Source: Bigelowiella natans CCMP2755 (lineage: Eukaryota > Protista > Cercozoa). Taken from it: a stretch of 64,000 nucleotides of DNA. Below the pieces are notes generated by a model that was not told the origin of the DNA, made no database searches, and saw nothing but the letters and a program-made list of their open reading frames with translations. The translations under genes were made by a program, and so were the position numbers. Positions 20,170 to 35,200 of the stretch are shown here, piece after piece. Every line of letters begins with the position of its first letter. Positions within the stretch are counted from its first letter, which is position 1. The DNA lies in assembly GCA_000320545.1 (NCBI GenBank), contig ADNK01000413.1:45313-109312 (forward strand), given 5' to 3'.

Positions 20170-22321
20170 GCCTATCTCCGATTTTGTGTTAACATCTATA
20201 TGATAGTTACCTTGTAATGGCTGTCAAAGGCTTCGGAGATCTGTGATGAAAGCAACAATCTCAAAATCGCAATATGCTAATCGTTTTCATCTTTGTATTA
20301 GATACCGTCGTGATGACATTGATTTAGAAACTTCATTCTTTTCTCCGATGAAGCCTAGGACAATACACCTCATGACTACCTGAGAAATTATTAAGCCTCG
20401 CTTCAGAATATATCCATGCTGATGCAAACTGTATTCACTGCATGGAGCCTACCTTCGAAACTTCGGGTATAATCTTAAATCGACGGTAAGTATCCCGACT
20501 CATCAATTTATACACCTGACCACAGCATAAACTTTTCTTAAAGAAATATTATCATGCAAATTTGTATTCTTATTTGTCCAAACAATGCATTGCAATTTGT
20601 GTAACTATCATAGGGCAAGTCCCCGCTAAGACAAAGATCAGACCTCTTTTTCGGCACACTTCACACATTTCGAAATGTTTTTCAAAGGCTGCGGTAGCGA
20701 TCTTTCATGTTCTATATATCTTCCTTCGTTCTCCCTGTTTATTGGTAGAATAATATGCCGTTACTACCGATAAATTTTCAGTTACCCTGCAAAAATGACA
20801 ACCGTAAGTATTTCAAAGCTTTAACGATCGACTTGAGCTCTCCCTTGTCCATGATTTTTTTATCCTGCGTAATCTGTGGCACATTGTAAATGACCAGAAT
20901 ATAAATTCATTTACTACACATGTTTGTTCATGTTTTTTAAAGCAGCCTGGACAATATTTTTTTGGGAAATTCGCTGGAACATCATGATTCAAGTTTCCAC
21001 GCTAGTTCGTACTTGACGCATGGGACTGCAAGAGCCGCTCGAACCAGATGAATCATCATCCGTGTGGTACCGAGTTCGTCGCGATTTTGTAAGAAATTCT
21101 GTAGTAGTGTATATTACCGCATCTTTCGCATGTCAGTAATATTTAAGACATACTAGCACAACCCCACACACCCACATTACTTCTTTAATATAAATACACA
21201 TTCAAATATAGGCACACGTGATCATGCAAACATTCACATATCATTCTATGACGAAAAGAAAGAAAGGGGAATGGGCGTGTGCATAGGGTTTTACGATGTA
21301 GCGTGTGCCGCCTCCGTCCCCGGTAGCTGTGAATGATGCAACAATCAAATAGTCATCCAGGCATATGCTAAAGTTTCTCACTTTTCTCTCTTCGGAGTAG
21401 GCGGCGTCGATCTGGAGTAATTAAGGATTGTTAAACCATTCAAGTATTAAAAGACGAAATAATAAAAGAAGAGAAAAATGAATGCACTCTCGGTTATTTT
21501 AAACTTCCAAATATCCAACTAATGGAAATTTGTTGGAACCTTAATTGGAACCTTCCTGATACTTCTGATTTAGTTTCCAATTTGGCCTCTGATTGACTTC
21601 CGGGTCGGATATCTGCACCAAAAATCACGATAAATGTATTTAAGAAAGGCAAGAAAGTGTTTCAATGACCCCCGGCAGCTCGTGAGGAACGCATAGAGCC
21701 AGATGAAGGTCCTCCTCCTCGCGTAATATGCTTTCGAGAGCTAAACAATATCCATTTTGTCTTGAAAATGAAGAGAAATTGGTGATCTTATTACCTCTGG
21801 GCTTGAGAACTTCTTCCGATGACAACATCTTTATCGCCTAGGAGCAAAAATGCTTTGTGATGAAGTGCATCTTCAGTAAACGTGCGACACTGTACCGTCG
21901 GCAGAACTATTCCCATAGACAGCTTTATTGCTGCTGCCACCAAGTTTCTCGTTCATTACAGTATCTGTAATTTTGGAATCGAATTACAATTGTATATAAT
22001 GTCAGAATGCAGATGTGAACTTTTTTTGGAAAACAAAAGAATGCTTAAACTCCCTAATTTGGAAATTTGAAATACGAAGAAAATTACCATGAAGCTTTAT
22101 CTCACTCATCTGGACTTCGTCTACATACTCCTGCAACAGGTATTGGTAGTGTTCTTATCAGTGTGGACATACATTCAGAGATATACTGAATCGAATGGCT
22201 TGCTTCCGATTTAGTATCATTTGTAGTTCAATAGTTCCTTCAAAATCAACACGCTGGAAAGGTGTACCTCCTGTCTTTTCTTTCCGAGGTTTTTATGACT
22301 ATGACAGCGAAACACCCACAA

Positions 22322-22358
<37 letters not shown>

Positions 22359-24407
22359 AGAGAAGGGGGGGGGGGATGGAGAAGGGGAATGAGAGCGAGG
22401 CAAATGAATGAGGGAAAACTCATGAATAAGAATTTTCAAAGAACTACAATGAATATGGGCGTATTAACATATACCCACTTTAGTCAAATAAATACTTTTC
22501 CCCTCTGAATAAATAATTGATACATTAATATCATTTAAATACGTATTGAGTATATCATACTGTTTCTTCTTGTCGAAACTGCAAAGAGATTTGTCACTAT
22601 ACTCCAGCTCCTCGTTTTCAGCCCTGCGTAAACGTAAGTAAAGATGATATCGTTTATTGAATACACAAGTTCAACGTGAATTATTTTACATGTTGACGCA
22701 TCGTTTGAAACGTTCGCGAGTCTGCCATGATATGTTCACCTTCAAAATTAAAATAAATGAGATCTAGCCATAAATAATGATGAATACTGCAGTTGTGTGA
22801 GAGTACACACCACGTGCAAGCTATCGGCCTTAATGTACTTATGGTACATCAGCTTGAAATCACTTATCATATTCCTGTACTCGTTTGAAGTGGCGCCTTG
22901 ATAGGTTGCCTACCCGAAAATTAAGAATGAATGAATCTCAATAATAACTCGATAGATTGATACGTACGTATCTTTCAAATACCTCAAACACAACAGCATC
23001 CCGCCAAAAGAAATAATTCTCAGCTGACCACTCCGAGAATATATGTTCAATGAAAAGCTGACAAAATTAAAGATTTTATCTGCGAGATTTTTAAAAGAGA
23101 CAAAGACCATATACACAATCTCGCAAATCTCACGATCTCTAATCTTAAAGCATACGGGCTTTTACTTTTAGTGTGACTTCGTATTGTAAAATTTCTTGAA
23201 GAGGTGGCCACTTCTGCAGCTTGAGCTTATTCGCTTTTTCCTCCACGGAAATAGAATCCATGGTGGGTATGTTGGACTCCATGATGCATACTGATGTGCA
23301 TCACGATGTTCTTGTGAATTAATGTTTCAAAGGAGAATGAGCACGTATCAGTTTGAAACGTACCAAATAGGAGGATTGATAGCGAGAACCAGAAATAAAT
23401 AAGACAGAATGCCTCCTTGCTAGTTCTCATTAACGATAAGCCAGCAAAAGCGAGGGCCACCGAAAGAATCAATATCGCGATGTAGACCTGTTTACAAACA
23501 TGACATTTGAACAGCTCTGTAGATCTTTCTTCCCCGTCAAATTTATCTTGCTCTTTCCTTTGAACTTACCGAAGTCCTCAGACGTGTTTTGAAGGCACTG
23601 ATAATCTTGTTCAGTCTGCTCACAAAAATTAAAGTTGTCTAATTCAACGAAATGGATTATATACTGTTTCAGAGCTTTACGTCAGAATGAAAGCTAGGAA
23701 GGCCATCAACCACAGACTCCAAGCAAAAAATGGTACTAACGGGCTGTACAACTGACACGTTTTCCATCCCTGAATTTTAATATACTTCAGAGTATCGTCA
23801 AAAAAGGACGTTTTGAACTTGACATACTTTCCCCTTCACATTGTAGTTCGAAGGCCAGGCAAAATATTGCAGCAGCATCAAGAAAAAGAAGACCTGAGAT
23901 CCATAGTTCAGTGTAAATACAAGCTCAAGATCAAAATATTTGAACACACAATCATGTGAAATGTCACATATTTTATCACATGAACTCATCTCATTTTTTA
24001 GATTACCATGCTCATCTTCCTCCTCATCTTTTGGTTTAGGTTTTCGGAAATCCACATCACTAATCCGTATCTACAAAGAAGAAATGCACTTAGGTTTCCT
24101 CTTTCTGGAAAATCAAATTCTCATGTTTGATCAAGCAGGCTTCTGACATGAGGTGAGTACCGTCCTTTCATGTTTTCAGGGGCTTCGAAGCTATCCTCTT
24201 TCATCGCTGCTGCTTGTATCTGCGACATCAAATTTTAGTTTTCTCCAACACCATCAACAAGTACACTACGATATTTTTACACGTACCCTTACAAGAGAGC
24301 ACACGTTCCTCAAGGTGTGCGTGAAGCAATGGAAGATTATGGTTACAGCCAGCGCCGAGACACACTGTTGTAGTGGCAACAAATGACATCGTGCCATATA
24401 TTAGATC

Positions 24408-24460
<53 letters not shown>

Positions 24461-25400
24461 TACCTGGAGCCATATAGAGACCACTTGACAGTTTACTCCT
24501 TGAAGCATTATTATGGGAATCATATCGCAATTTTCCACAAGCTTAAACTAATAAGAGTCTGTCAACCTTTAACTCCGAAGGCCCACACGATATTCATAAG
24601 AGGTAATATGTAGACGAGGAATAGAATCAAAGACATCGCAGCAAACCTATAAGAACAAACATTCAAAATATGACCGGTTAAAACTTAATTTCTATTTTTT
24701 CACCCTCCCATTCGGCGGGGTGCTGAGTTGTTCCCATACTGCTTGAGGAGCACTTGGGATATGACAAGATAAACTCCAACTAGCCCTGAGTTAATCCAGT
24801 GAAACGTTATAATAAAGTAATTCGATCAAATAATGTAATTAGAGATCAAATAATGTAATTTAGAGATCAACCAATGTAATTTAGAGATCAAATAATGTAA
24901 TTTAGAGATGTAGGGGACCGTAAATGAGAGAGACTGCAAGCATGTGCGTCTCCACCATCGAGCTTTCGGGGAGTACTTTCCAGGCGTGTTCGCCTGCCCT
25001 GGTGGGCTGTGGACCGAGAAATTAATTCCGGGAAAAAGCGGCCATAGAGTGAATAATGAGACAAATAAATGTTTTCAAATTGTTGCCACCGTTTATGCAT
25101 AGGATACCACACTTGTCTCGAATCTCTGAGGTCGGTAATACGTCCGTCATGAGACAACATCCACTATAACTCTATAAAAATCACTGCGGTGAGTAAATAA
25201 ATGTAGCTGAAAAGTCAAGGATGCGACTGGAATAACTAGCTAACTATCTAACTAGGGTTCAGATATTTGTGGGTGAACATTCTTATCTATTTCGATAAGA
25301 AGAAAGCAGGCGTCCAATAAAAATGATTCGCAACGAAAATGAAAACTGTGCTCAGGTTGGCAATTTTCATTCCCTTGTTTTTCGCCTAAAGAAGAGGAAG
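20170..25400 (-). CDS. Multi-exon membrane protein with RGS domains (7TM-RGS-like); boundaries approximate
   Basis: Hydrophobic exons at 23.3-24.7 kb. RGS motifs in exons: FIEHIFSEWSAENYFFWRDAVVFE (~23.0 kb), MYHKYIKADSLH + VNISWQTRERF (~22.8-22.7 kb), AEKE|VYKLMSRDTYRRFK (~20.65/20.5 kb). Confidence 0.65.
24824..24909. repeat. Minisatellite, about 4 copies of a 20-21-bp unit (AGAGATCAAATAATGTAATT[T])
   Basis: Directly visible; probably intronic. Confidence 0.9.
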
Positions 25401-25704
25401 CAGAGGAGGAAGATGAAGGAAGCAACGTACAGCTCACAAGCGAGATTCGACACGAGACTTCTTTGAATACGATGGTGGCCGCCGTCTCCTGAAAACAGTT
25501 AATGTATGTGACTCTGCCAGAGCTTGGTAATTTGACACCAATGATCCCACCCGGGATGGAGTATGACTTTCATTTCGGCACACTGGAACGTACATGCGAT
25601 AGAAATTGAGGCATTAAAAACTTTGCCTCAGTTCCAGTAGATTCTTTTGAAAGCAACAGCTTCTGCATTAGAACCTTACAAGCGAGTGCAATAATATACT
25701 TGCA

Positions 25705-28036
25705 ATGGCATCCAAAATTGAAAAGAACTCTGACAAAGCCCGGGATGGTGAGACAAACTGGGAAGGTAGTGCTGGGCATCCACAGAACAAGGTGACGGGT
25801 GCAAAGACGACTACCGCGAGGAATGATATTATAGCTACTGAGAATGTAGATAGCGGAACAAAATGTGACAAAAAAAAACAAGAAAATGCGAAGAGCACTA
25901 GGATCGATCCAAAATTAGAAGGGCGAGATACAATACGTGAAACCAAAACCTCAAGAGTTGGAGAAATGAAACAAATAGAAGAAGATATCAAGGACGTTGC
26001 GAGTCCATTGTTCAAAGAGCAGAGAGAATTCATAGATGCGAACAAAGATTATCTAGGAGTGTCATCTGACTCCCATTTGGGTCTCTTGTTCCGAAGCATT
26101 GATTTTGATCTCGGGCCTGATGAGAGGGTGAAATTTTCGTCCCAAGTTGTACAGACAGATATCAAAGGAGAGGGAAAAGGTGAAAATGAATCTAAGCAAG
26201 GAGAAAGGGGATCGGTAACACCCACTGCAGAAACAGTTCCGCCTTTCTCAGTTAAGAAGAATGGTGAGGCCTCGAAAAATGGCCTAACCAAATCCCACCA
26301 GCAAGCTGCGCATGGCACCGATTTGGAATCTTTGGCGACTCTCGTCCTGACTCAACATGCACTTTACCTCTTCCCTCCAGCGATGAAAGTAGAAGAAAAG
26401 ACTTTCCTGGTGTACAATATTTATGAAAGATTCATACTACAGGACTTGGTGATGATTTCGCGACCTTATAGAAAAATGAGGAGTGAGGATGGTGACGATT
26501 ATGCCATCCGGAGCGACGATGTAGTTCTCCATTGGAAGACTAAAAAGCACACTTGGATACGGCCACCTAAAGGCAAAGGTCCTGAACTGGTTGAAGTGAT
26601 AAGCCACCAATTCTATGAATTGACTGGAATACGCCTAGCTATCCAATCAATGGATGGGGGAAAACTCATGGATATGATCATAGACAAATCGATTCAGGTT
26701 AATTTCTACATCATATATATTCTCTGTAAGCAATTTTTGTTTATTGACATTTCCTGGTGTGCTATCAGAATGAAATGGACGACGTGTTGATTGAGTTTTG
26801 GGGGTTACATGAATTAGTAATGCAAGGTTGGTTATGGCATTTTTGTTATCATCGCAATCGTGGCGAGGAGCCTTTTAAAAAGATACCGAAGAAACCAAAA
26901 TGGAAAAGGGAATGGTTTTCATTGAGTTCAGACAACTCCCTTCTTCGATTTAAAAGTCCTGAAGAGATGGCAGGATTTAGGGCCCAAGCAGCTTCTCTAA
27001 ATCTCCTTCCGGTAAAAAAAGATATGTTTCATTTTGTAGTCTAGCTAACGTGCCTGGTCTCTATCGTTTTGAAAAGGTTTCCCAAAAGCAAAGCCTCCGC
27101 AAAACCTTCAACAAGTGTAGAATTGATCTAATGGATGTGGACATACGCAACATGCCGATTCTACAAGATCCAGGAGGGTTTGAGGTCTGAACATGTTTTC
27201 TTGGTTGTTTCCTCACAATTTCTGACTTATTGAATTCACAGATTATGGTTGATACGCAATGGCACTTTGGCAGGGTGGATAGCCCAATCACACACCATCT
27301 ATTTTTGCCATTGAGTCAAGCTGAAATTGGACGGAGTCGTCGTACAAGCGCTATTCGAAAAATCTTCCCTTCTATTGATGTTTTTCGCAACCGAAGCAGG
27401 AGTACAGCTGCTTCTCCCAGCAAAAATTCATGGATACATTCAGTCTTTAAAAGAGTTCAGATTGCACAGTATGGATTAAAACGGGCCAAGGAACAAGCCA
27501 AAGCCTATTCTTCAAACTTTTATATCCGAACAAAACGGGCACTTCCTGACAAGCCCCAACCGCAAACTCCTCCTCCTGATGGATCTATGCCCCAGATCAC
27601 TAGCTATGACTTGTCAAAGCCCGGAAGTTATGTCTTAATGAGAGTCGCAGTTCCAATGGGCAAAGGTTACACAGAAGGGGGGAAAATTATGTTCCTTACT
27701 CCCGAGGACAAGAGAATGTTGGTTACTATCCCACCCGGGGTCACTGAGGGAGAGGAATTCGTTGTTAAAGTTCCAAAGATGGCAGTAATGGTTTCAGAAG
27801 GGACTACTGAGAAAAAGAATGATGGAACGGAGAAGAATGACGATGATGATAGGGTAAACAACGATCCCGGAAGCCCAGACGAAGAGCCCATCCGACTTCA
27901 ACTAGATGATTTCTTAAACAGTGATGACGAAGATGACGCAGTGGATCCTGCAGAAGGGGTTGACGACTTAGACTCTTCAGTTGCTGTGAAAAATGAGACC
28001 AAAGAGGAAGATATCTCGAGAGAAGTCCCGAAATGA
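25705..28036 (+). CDS. Multi-exon PH-domain-containing protein
   Basis: ORFs 25705, 26757 and 27230 are separated by short GT-AG introns. VMQGWLW...KWKREWFSLSSDNSLLRFKS is PH-like. The C-terminal region has a VAVP...VTIPPGVTEGEEFVVKVP module. Confidence 0.7.
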
Positions 28037-28506
28037 GCAGCCTGTGTGAGCGATCCGCTATTACTTGCTCAAGAGGTTAAAAAGGCCATATCTAAGATTG
28101 ATTGTTACGTGGCGCTCAACAAAGCTGCACGTTTATTTGTGATACCTAATTTGACTTTACATATATGATTTGAACTGAATAAACACTTTCTAGACTCTGC
28201 ACAGCCTGCAGTACGTGCACGCATGCTAGCATGGCGCCTGTACACGCTAGCTAGCTAGCACGGTATAAACTTATCTAGTCCTGCATTCGAAGCGTGATGC
28301 TACGTATTGTGAAATGCTGTAACAGCTAGCTAGCTAGCTGGCTAGAGAGCTAGAGAGCTACGCATTCTGTTGTCTTGGGCGCTAGCAATGAGATGATAAT
28401 TTGGTGATGCTGCAAATACACCTAGCTAGACATGCTACCATGCTAGTATGGCGCGTATGTTGTCTAGACTACTAGACTAGTAGAGCATAGGCATAACGCA
28501 CACACA

Positions 28507-28547
<41 letters not shown>

Positions 28548-28560
28548 TATATACTTGTTT

Positions 28561-29305
28561 ATGGCTTCATCATTGAAAATCGAAAAATCCCAGATGGCAC
28601 ATCGTGGATTGACGTGTCCACAAAAACGTGGAACAAAGTGTCTCTGTTTCGCCGGCTCAAATCGATCACTGACGACTTGTTAGATGACGAGCTTCCTACT
28701 GTTTTGACGACAACAGAAGCGCTCAAAAAAGATCTGAAAAAACATCACAAAGTGATGAAATCCTTTGCTTTTTTCGAGGAGGAATGCTAGAATGGTCCAA
28801 TGATTCACTGAGAGCTGTGCATCTCAAGAATCTTGGATTCCTTCCGTCATCTTCGATCACCGGCATCAAACTAAAACTTCCAAATGTCGCTATATCATGG
28901 ATGCGCGCCATCTGCATGTGGAGTGGGCAATCTTGGAAAATTCATGTTTTCACGTGGAAAATGTGCACAGACAGATGCCACATGCGATGCATGTGGCATC
29001 CTGAAGGACATGGATCATCTCCTGCAATGTCCAACACATAGTCAACAACAAATCAGATTGCGCAATCAAATGAGCGCAATCATGAATCGCAACGACGAGA
29101 CGAACCGGCTAACAAAGGCTGAAAAAGATTCCAGAACTGTTGCGCGCAGCGCGCGACAACATCGGTCGCACGAGGACGCTTTGAAATGCATGAAGCACGT
29201 GATGGCAGAAACCAACAGACACAACATTAGCGCTGTAGCCGCTGCATTGCACAGCTACATCAGGATGACCATTGAAAAAATTTAATTGTTCATTACATCC
29301 GTCTC
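28561..29305 (+). mobile_element. 5'-truncated non-LTR retrotransposon (LINE) 3' end with 14-bp target-site duplication
   Basis: C-terminal zinc knuckle CDACGILKDMDHLLQCP; identical ATATATACTTGTTT at 28547-28560 and 29306-29319. Confidence 0.75.
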
Positions 29306-29538
29306 ATATATACTTGTTTGTTAAAAATTTTGCGCACAAAATTGCATTGTACTTTGCTAACTGCGACGTCAATTGCATTTACATAGCTCTATGCGCAGAA
29401 ATAGATTAAATAATTTGAGTATGTGAGGAGACTGGCCTATCATAACGATTTGCAGCGGCCTTACATTCAAGTTACAATAATTACTACACGGAGAACCTCT
29501 GCCCCGCGACAGGCATCTAGTATACTCCCCAACCGCTG

Positions 29539-31563
29539 TCATGCTTCCAGGATGGCAGTCTGATTGTCACTCTTCTCCTTTCCTTCTTGATCTAATCAAA
29601 GACGTACGGAAGAATTTTCAGGATAAAAAAAAATGCAAATGCCGAAAATAATCTAGCAAGTAGAGTATTGTAAATAATTACTCATTTTGTTCCGAAGTAG
29701 GTCCAGCGCTGCCTGTATGGTAGCTGAAGATGTGAACAAACACGGTGGCAAAATTACATTATTTACCCCTGATCATCTGCACCATGATCAAATACTATGG
29801 ATAGATAAAGTGTATTGGTGATCCTACCGAGATAGTAACCATCCACTGAAGATCGCTGTAGAGAATTCATGAAGATGTCCGCCATATCTACCCGCGCATG
29901 GATATCAGGAACCTGATGTGAACTCATGCATCTTATCGTTGTCCCAGAACGGAAAAATAGCGCCGCAAATCTCAACTTATATACTATGTAATAAGCACCA
30001 TCGCAAGTCATCACACCTGTGCTTTCGCTATCATGAATACGAACAGCAACAAAACATCGTCTGCACCGATCACGGATTTCTGATGAAGAAAACATATATC
30101 CACGAGAAAAGGTCTGAGATAGCAGAACAAACCGCATACGACGAACTAGATTGGCAGATCAAATGCAGACGATTTACTCATTATCACGATGAGTTACCTA
30201 CTACGCACATACCTTGGTTGAGTGAGCATCAACACATTCGCATAGTCTGCGGGCAGACATCGACAGCAGTCGCAATACTTGTGCAGGAGTCCATGCGGTG
30301 TTCAGCCCCTTGAACAACTCTACAGCGGGGGCATAAGCGCCCACATATCTTGCAAGGATACTAGTACTGCTACTACTACTACAACTTCCCCGTGCCATCA
30401 TCATTTTTTTTTTACCATCATTATCTACATGATGTGGTTTGTTTACCCAAGATGGGTCATCATCATGGTGGCTGTCAACATCATCATCGTCTTTCATTCC
30501 TGGCCGCGGAGGGGGGGTGTATGCCCGAAAGGATGCTGATGCGTCTGCTGCATTGGATTCGGCTGATTTTGCTGTCCTTCCTCCTTGCTGCTCATCAATA
30601 CTACCAGATTTAGGACGACGGCCACTACGTAACTTCGGTTGTGAAATAGCTGCTGCAGCGGCGGTTGCAGCTGTGCCAGACTTCCGTCGTCTTCTACCAC
30701 CAGCACCACCACCACCCATCTTCTTCGCTATACCCGCAGCAGACACAATAGCATCACCACCCCCACCCTCATCATCACCATCTAATTGCAAATATTTGGA
30801 GACTCCGAGGGCTTTGAGGTTGAGCTGAGCCCTGTGGGTGGAGGGCGTGGACAGGTACTCGGCAAGTCTTTCATCGGTCAGACGATGTATTCGAGCGAAC
30901 ACCACCCGAAGGCCAGACGAAAAACGCTGCAAGAGATGCGATGACAGAGCCTATGCGAAATATATTCGCGCAGAGCATGGAAAAAGACAGATTAAATAAA
31001 GAATGAATACCAAATATACAACGTGATTTTTCTATCAACCATCGCCCATAAGACTACTTGATGTTATATTTGTGGTGATGGATAGATAGTTGTGGCTGTA
31101 ACTATGACCTGTTCCACTGATCGTTTCAGTTGAGCAGAAGCCAGACGTGCGCCTTGAGAAAAGGCTAGCCCGTACAACTCAGGAATAGCAATAATGCTCG
31201 CCCTTTTCATTCACACACACACACACACACACACCAACAAACAAGCATTACTCAGCAGTATGGAATGGATCAAGGTACCATAAACGTGAGATCAACAAAA
31301 GGATATGGCAGTAGTAGTGAGTACAATTGACGAGGAAAGATGATATAAAAGGATTGTTTGATTAGCTCTCAATGCTGTTACTAAATTTTTTCTTGGGTAC
31401 ATTTTCACAAAGTAGGCCAGGTCTCTGGCAGCTTCCATCATTCGCGCCCTCATCTCCGGCACACGCAACGTTTCTGTCATTCTCCTGGATGGAAAACATT
31501 GCTGCGACGACGATGACGATGATGACGAGCAGGATGACGCTGAAGGTGAGAAAGGGAGGGCCC

Positions 31564-31598
<35 letters not shown>

Positions 31599-32504
31599 AT
31601 AGTAGTAATAGTAGCAAAACGCCAAAACGATCATAAATAAAGTATTTTAGCATGTTGATATCAGATGTCTCAGGAGGGATTGTCATGTCAGAGAGGGGTG
31701 GGGGCTAGATTAGGTCATCATCACTAACCCAGTAGGCCGTCGTTTTTCCTTCTGTCGCTTATTGCCTCTCTTCCCTCCCCCCTTAAAACCCTTCATCATC
31801 TTCGGATTTTGTCCAGCTGTTCTGCCATAGCTCTCTTCCTTCTCATTCTGCCCAGTTTTACATCCAGGAGGAAGAGCAGCAGGAGGAGGAGGAGGAGGAG
31901 GAGGACGATATTTTGGCGAGCCATCATCCTCACCACCACCTTCGCCGCCTGATACAATGATTGACGGACGTTTTCCATCACCATTGTCGTTATCATTATC
32001 GTTATCATTATCATCATTATGTTTGGAATTGCTGGGGCATGAGCTGCTCCGCCTGAAGAGGAAAAGAAGGAGATTTTTGTTGAGTATTGGTCGGTTTACC
32101 GCTGCCGTGTGTGCGTGCAGACGTGCGCGCGTGTGTGTCTCTGCGTGTGTCAAGGATATCCAGCGGACGCTCGATCATACATGATATTTCTTCCCCCAAA
32201 CACGCGCGCGCGCACACACACATACACACAACTCAAAGAAGCACCAACGCCATTTGAACAACACCTCCTTACTACTACGACTACTGGTACTACTCGTACT
32301 AATATTACTACTCCTCTATTACGAAGTAACCTTCTCAGCCCTTGGCCCCCTCCCTCTTCCTCTTCTACGCCTAAATAAAGACCAAACAAATGAATAATGT
32401 CGCTATTATTATTCGTAATAAATGAGTAGTAATTTTGAGGAGTAGGCTGGCAACCGTGTCGCCCCAGCCGTATTATTTGTCATTTATTGATAATGGTAAA
32501 TTAG

Positions 32505-32542
<38 letters not shown>

Positions 32543-34911
32543 CAATGAAATGACTACTGCTGCTGCTTCTACATCATCAACAACAACAACAACTACTACT
32601 ACTACTACTACTACTCCTACTACATCCGCTCTGCCACTGTTACCACTATTATCGTCAACATCGCCATTGTTGTCCCGATGAGTAGGGAAGGGGGGGCAGC
32701 AATTTAGCAGTCTGATCTCATGTTCCGCCGGATGGTGGTACAATTCTCTACATAATCAAACAATTCATAATGGGCCACGTACAGAAAATAGAATGTTGCG
32801 TGCATTGGACAACACCAATGATGGAATGGACGACAAAACCCTTTATAATTCACAATTTATCGAGTGGAAAGAGGGTCTACTACTACTACTACTACTACTA
32901 CTATTACTACTATTACTACTTCTTTGTATGGGTGGATGAGATACCCATCAGTAAGTAGTATACTAGTGGATAACGACTGATGTTCAGCAGCATATTTTAA
33001 TGGGGAGTGGAACGGAAAAGGAGTAGCATTCCGAAGTTGAAGGCAGAAGAAAACAACTCCTCTGTAATGAACAAAAAACGACGACATCCATAATCACATT
33101 ATTACGCGAATCGTTCCTTGAAGCGCTTGCATAGCCTCCCGAGAGGGTTGAAAACGTCTGTGCACAGCAATGAAGAGCAACACCAAAGAAGAAGAAGAAG
33201 AAGAAGAGTTCGTGTAAAGGGCCGTTGGTCAATGAAAGGTCAGAAAAGATAAGGTCGCGTGCCAATCACCTACTATCAGCACTACGAGCTATTATCACCA
33301 TCGTTACCTTTAGCAAGCTGAGGCACATGCAAAGCAATATCCCCAGGGCCCCATTCAACTGCCATACCGCCCTCCCCTCGTTTGAATATGCTCTCGTCGT
33401 CCTCTTCTTCCTTCTCAGTATCCGCAAAGCCGCGTTGTTGCTGCTGCTGCTGGCTTTGACCGAATGAGGATGATGGTGATGGGGATGGGGACAGTAGCAT
33501 ATCTGCTTCTTCCGTCTTCTTCTTCTTCTTAGTAGAAGAAGAAGAGCCCCTCTTCACCCCACTTAGGGTCCTCTTCTCTTTCTCCATGCATACAGCTAAT
33601 GATGAAGAGAATAGTATGGTGTTGGTGTTGTTGTTTATGATGGTGATAAGGTTGATATAAATCTACCGTTTTCAATTAAATCACTATGAGTAACTAAATA
33701 AATCAATAGTTAATCGCAACTCCGTTGTGAATGCACTGTAAGGAATATAGCGCTGCGTGGTATGCTTATGACTGTTGTGTGCAGTCAAACAAACACTCCT
33801 TCAATCAATGAACTTATGCATAGAGCATCAAACATTACACACGTACACGTACGCGCGCATATAAATAAATAAATAAATATATATATATATATATACGCTC
33901 AGAAAGAATTGTTGAATTCGTGGGTGAGAACGTATTATAACACACCTAGTTCCACACGCATAGAGGCGTGGTGCAGAAGGAAGCGATCAGATAAGAAGGC
34001 TCTTGGATTTGCTGCTATGTCCTCTTCTCCGTCTTCTCCTAGCTCCACATGATGATCATTCTCTCCTTTATCAAACTGTCGTTTCACATCCTCGCTATTG
34101 TTGTTACTGTTTTCATCGTCGCTTTCGAGTCGGCCACTCGCCTTTTTATTCGGTTTTGCTGAAGAACTCGTCGCGTCGTAGTTGTCATCCCCATCCCCAT
34201 CCGCATCCCCTTTTGTTGTTGTCGCTGTTGCTGTTGTTGTTGTTGTGGTGGTGGTGGTAATGGTGTTGCGGTGATTCTCATGGGGTTCTTCTTGGCCGAC
34301 ACGCATAGCAGCAGCAGCAGCATCATCCCTGTTTCTATCCCCGCTTTCATCACCATCGTTGTTACCTTTGTCATTCGGAGAAGCTGGACCTGCTTCTGCC
34401 GACGACGACGACGATGATGATGATGATAACGATGATGGTGATTCAGCAACTGCGTTTACTGACGTTCTTGATTCCGTGACTGGTACCTCGTTCTTCCCAT
34501 GATCGTCTTTGTTGTTTCTTGTTGTGGTACTAGAGGAGGTAGTAGTAGCAGTGGTAGTAGCAGTGGTAGACGTGGTGCTGCGTTGATGTGTTTCCGACTG
34601 CTCTCCGAAAGCTTCCTCCAACGCCTGATATTCGCCATCATCACCACCGTCAACATGAATTCTCATCGATATCGTCATTCTTATTTGTGCTAGTGGCAGA
34701 CATCATTATGCGCACACTCACTCACTCACACATGCCCACGCGTATACGACATATGCTTCATACCTGGAGCGTCTCGAGGATGTTTGGGGGGGCAGAGCAG
34801 ATCTTGAACGTGTGAATCCAATCCTCATACTAGATAGAAATGAGCGTGGGTGATAACGGCGATCGACGACGACGATGGAGATCATGATGATATTGATGTT
34901 GTTGTTGTTGT

Positions 34912-34946
<35 letters not shown>

Positions 34947-35200
34947 CGGACGTTGGTTGTGAAAGGTGCGAATGGTGGAGTGGTAGAAAAGACGATATGA
35001 ATCATTTCACCATAGATGTTGATGACCGTGTAAATGTTGCTGCTGCCGTTGTGAAGAATAAGTACTACTACACTGAGAACCACCATCTACCTCTTCATAG
35101 TTAGGAGCACGTAAAGTCACCACTTCTCCACTGCTTGGTGCCACGACGATCCTGTGGTGATTGATGATAGATTATGATGATGATGATAAGAATGCTGGTC
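29539..35200 (-). CDS. Large multi-exon protein with C-terminal VPS9 (Rab5-GEF) domain; 5' extent uncertain
   Basis: Exons give YAPAVELFKGLNTAWTPAQVLRLL, VMTCD, ...SSVDGYYL and ATIQAALDLLRNK; upstream exons are low-complexity. Confidence 0.5.

Noticed and set aside
24824-24909. Direct repeats resembling a CRISPR array
   Set aside because: No unique spacers, eukaryotic context, no cas genes
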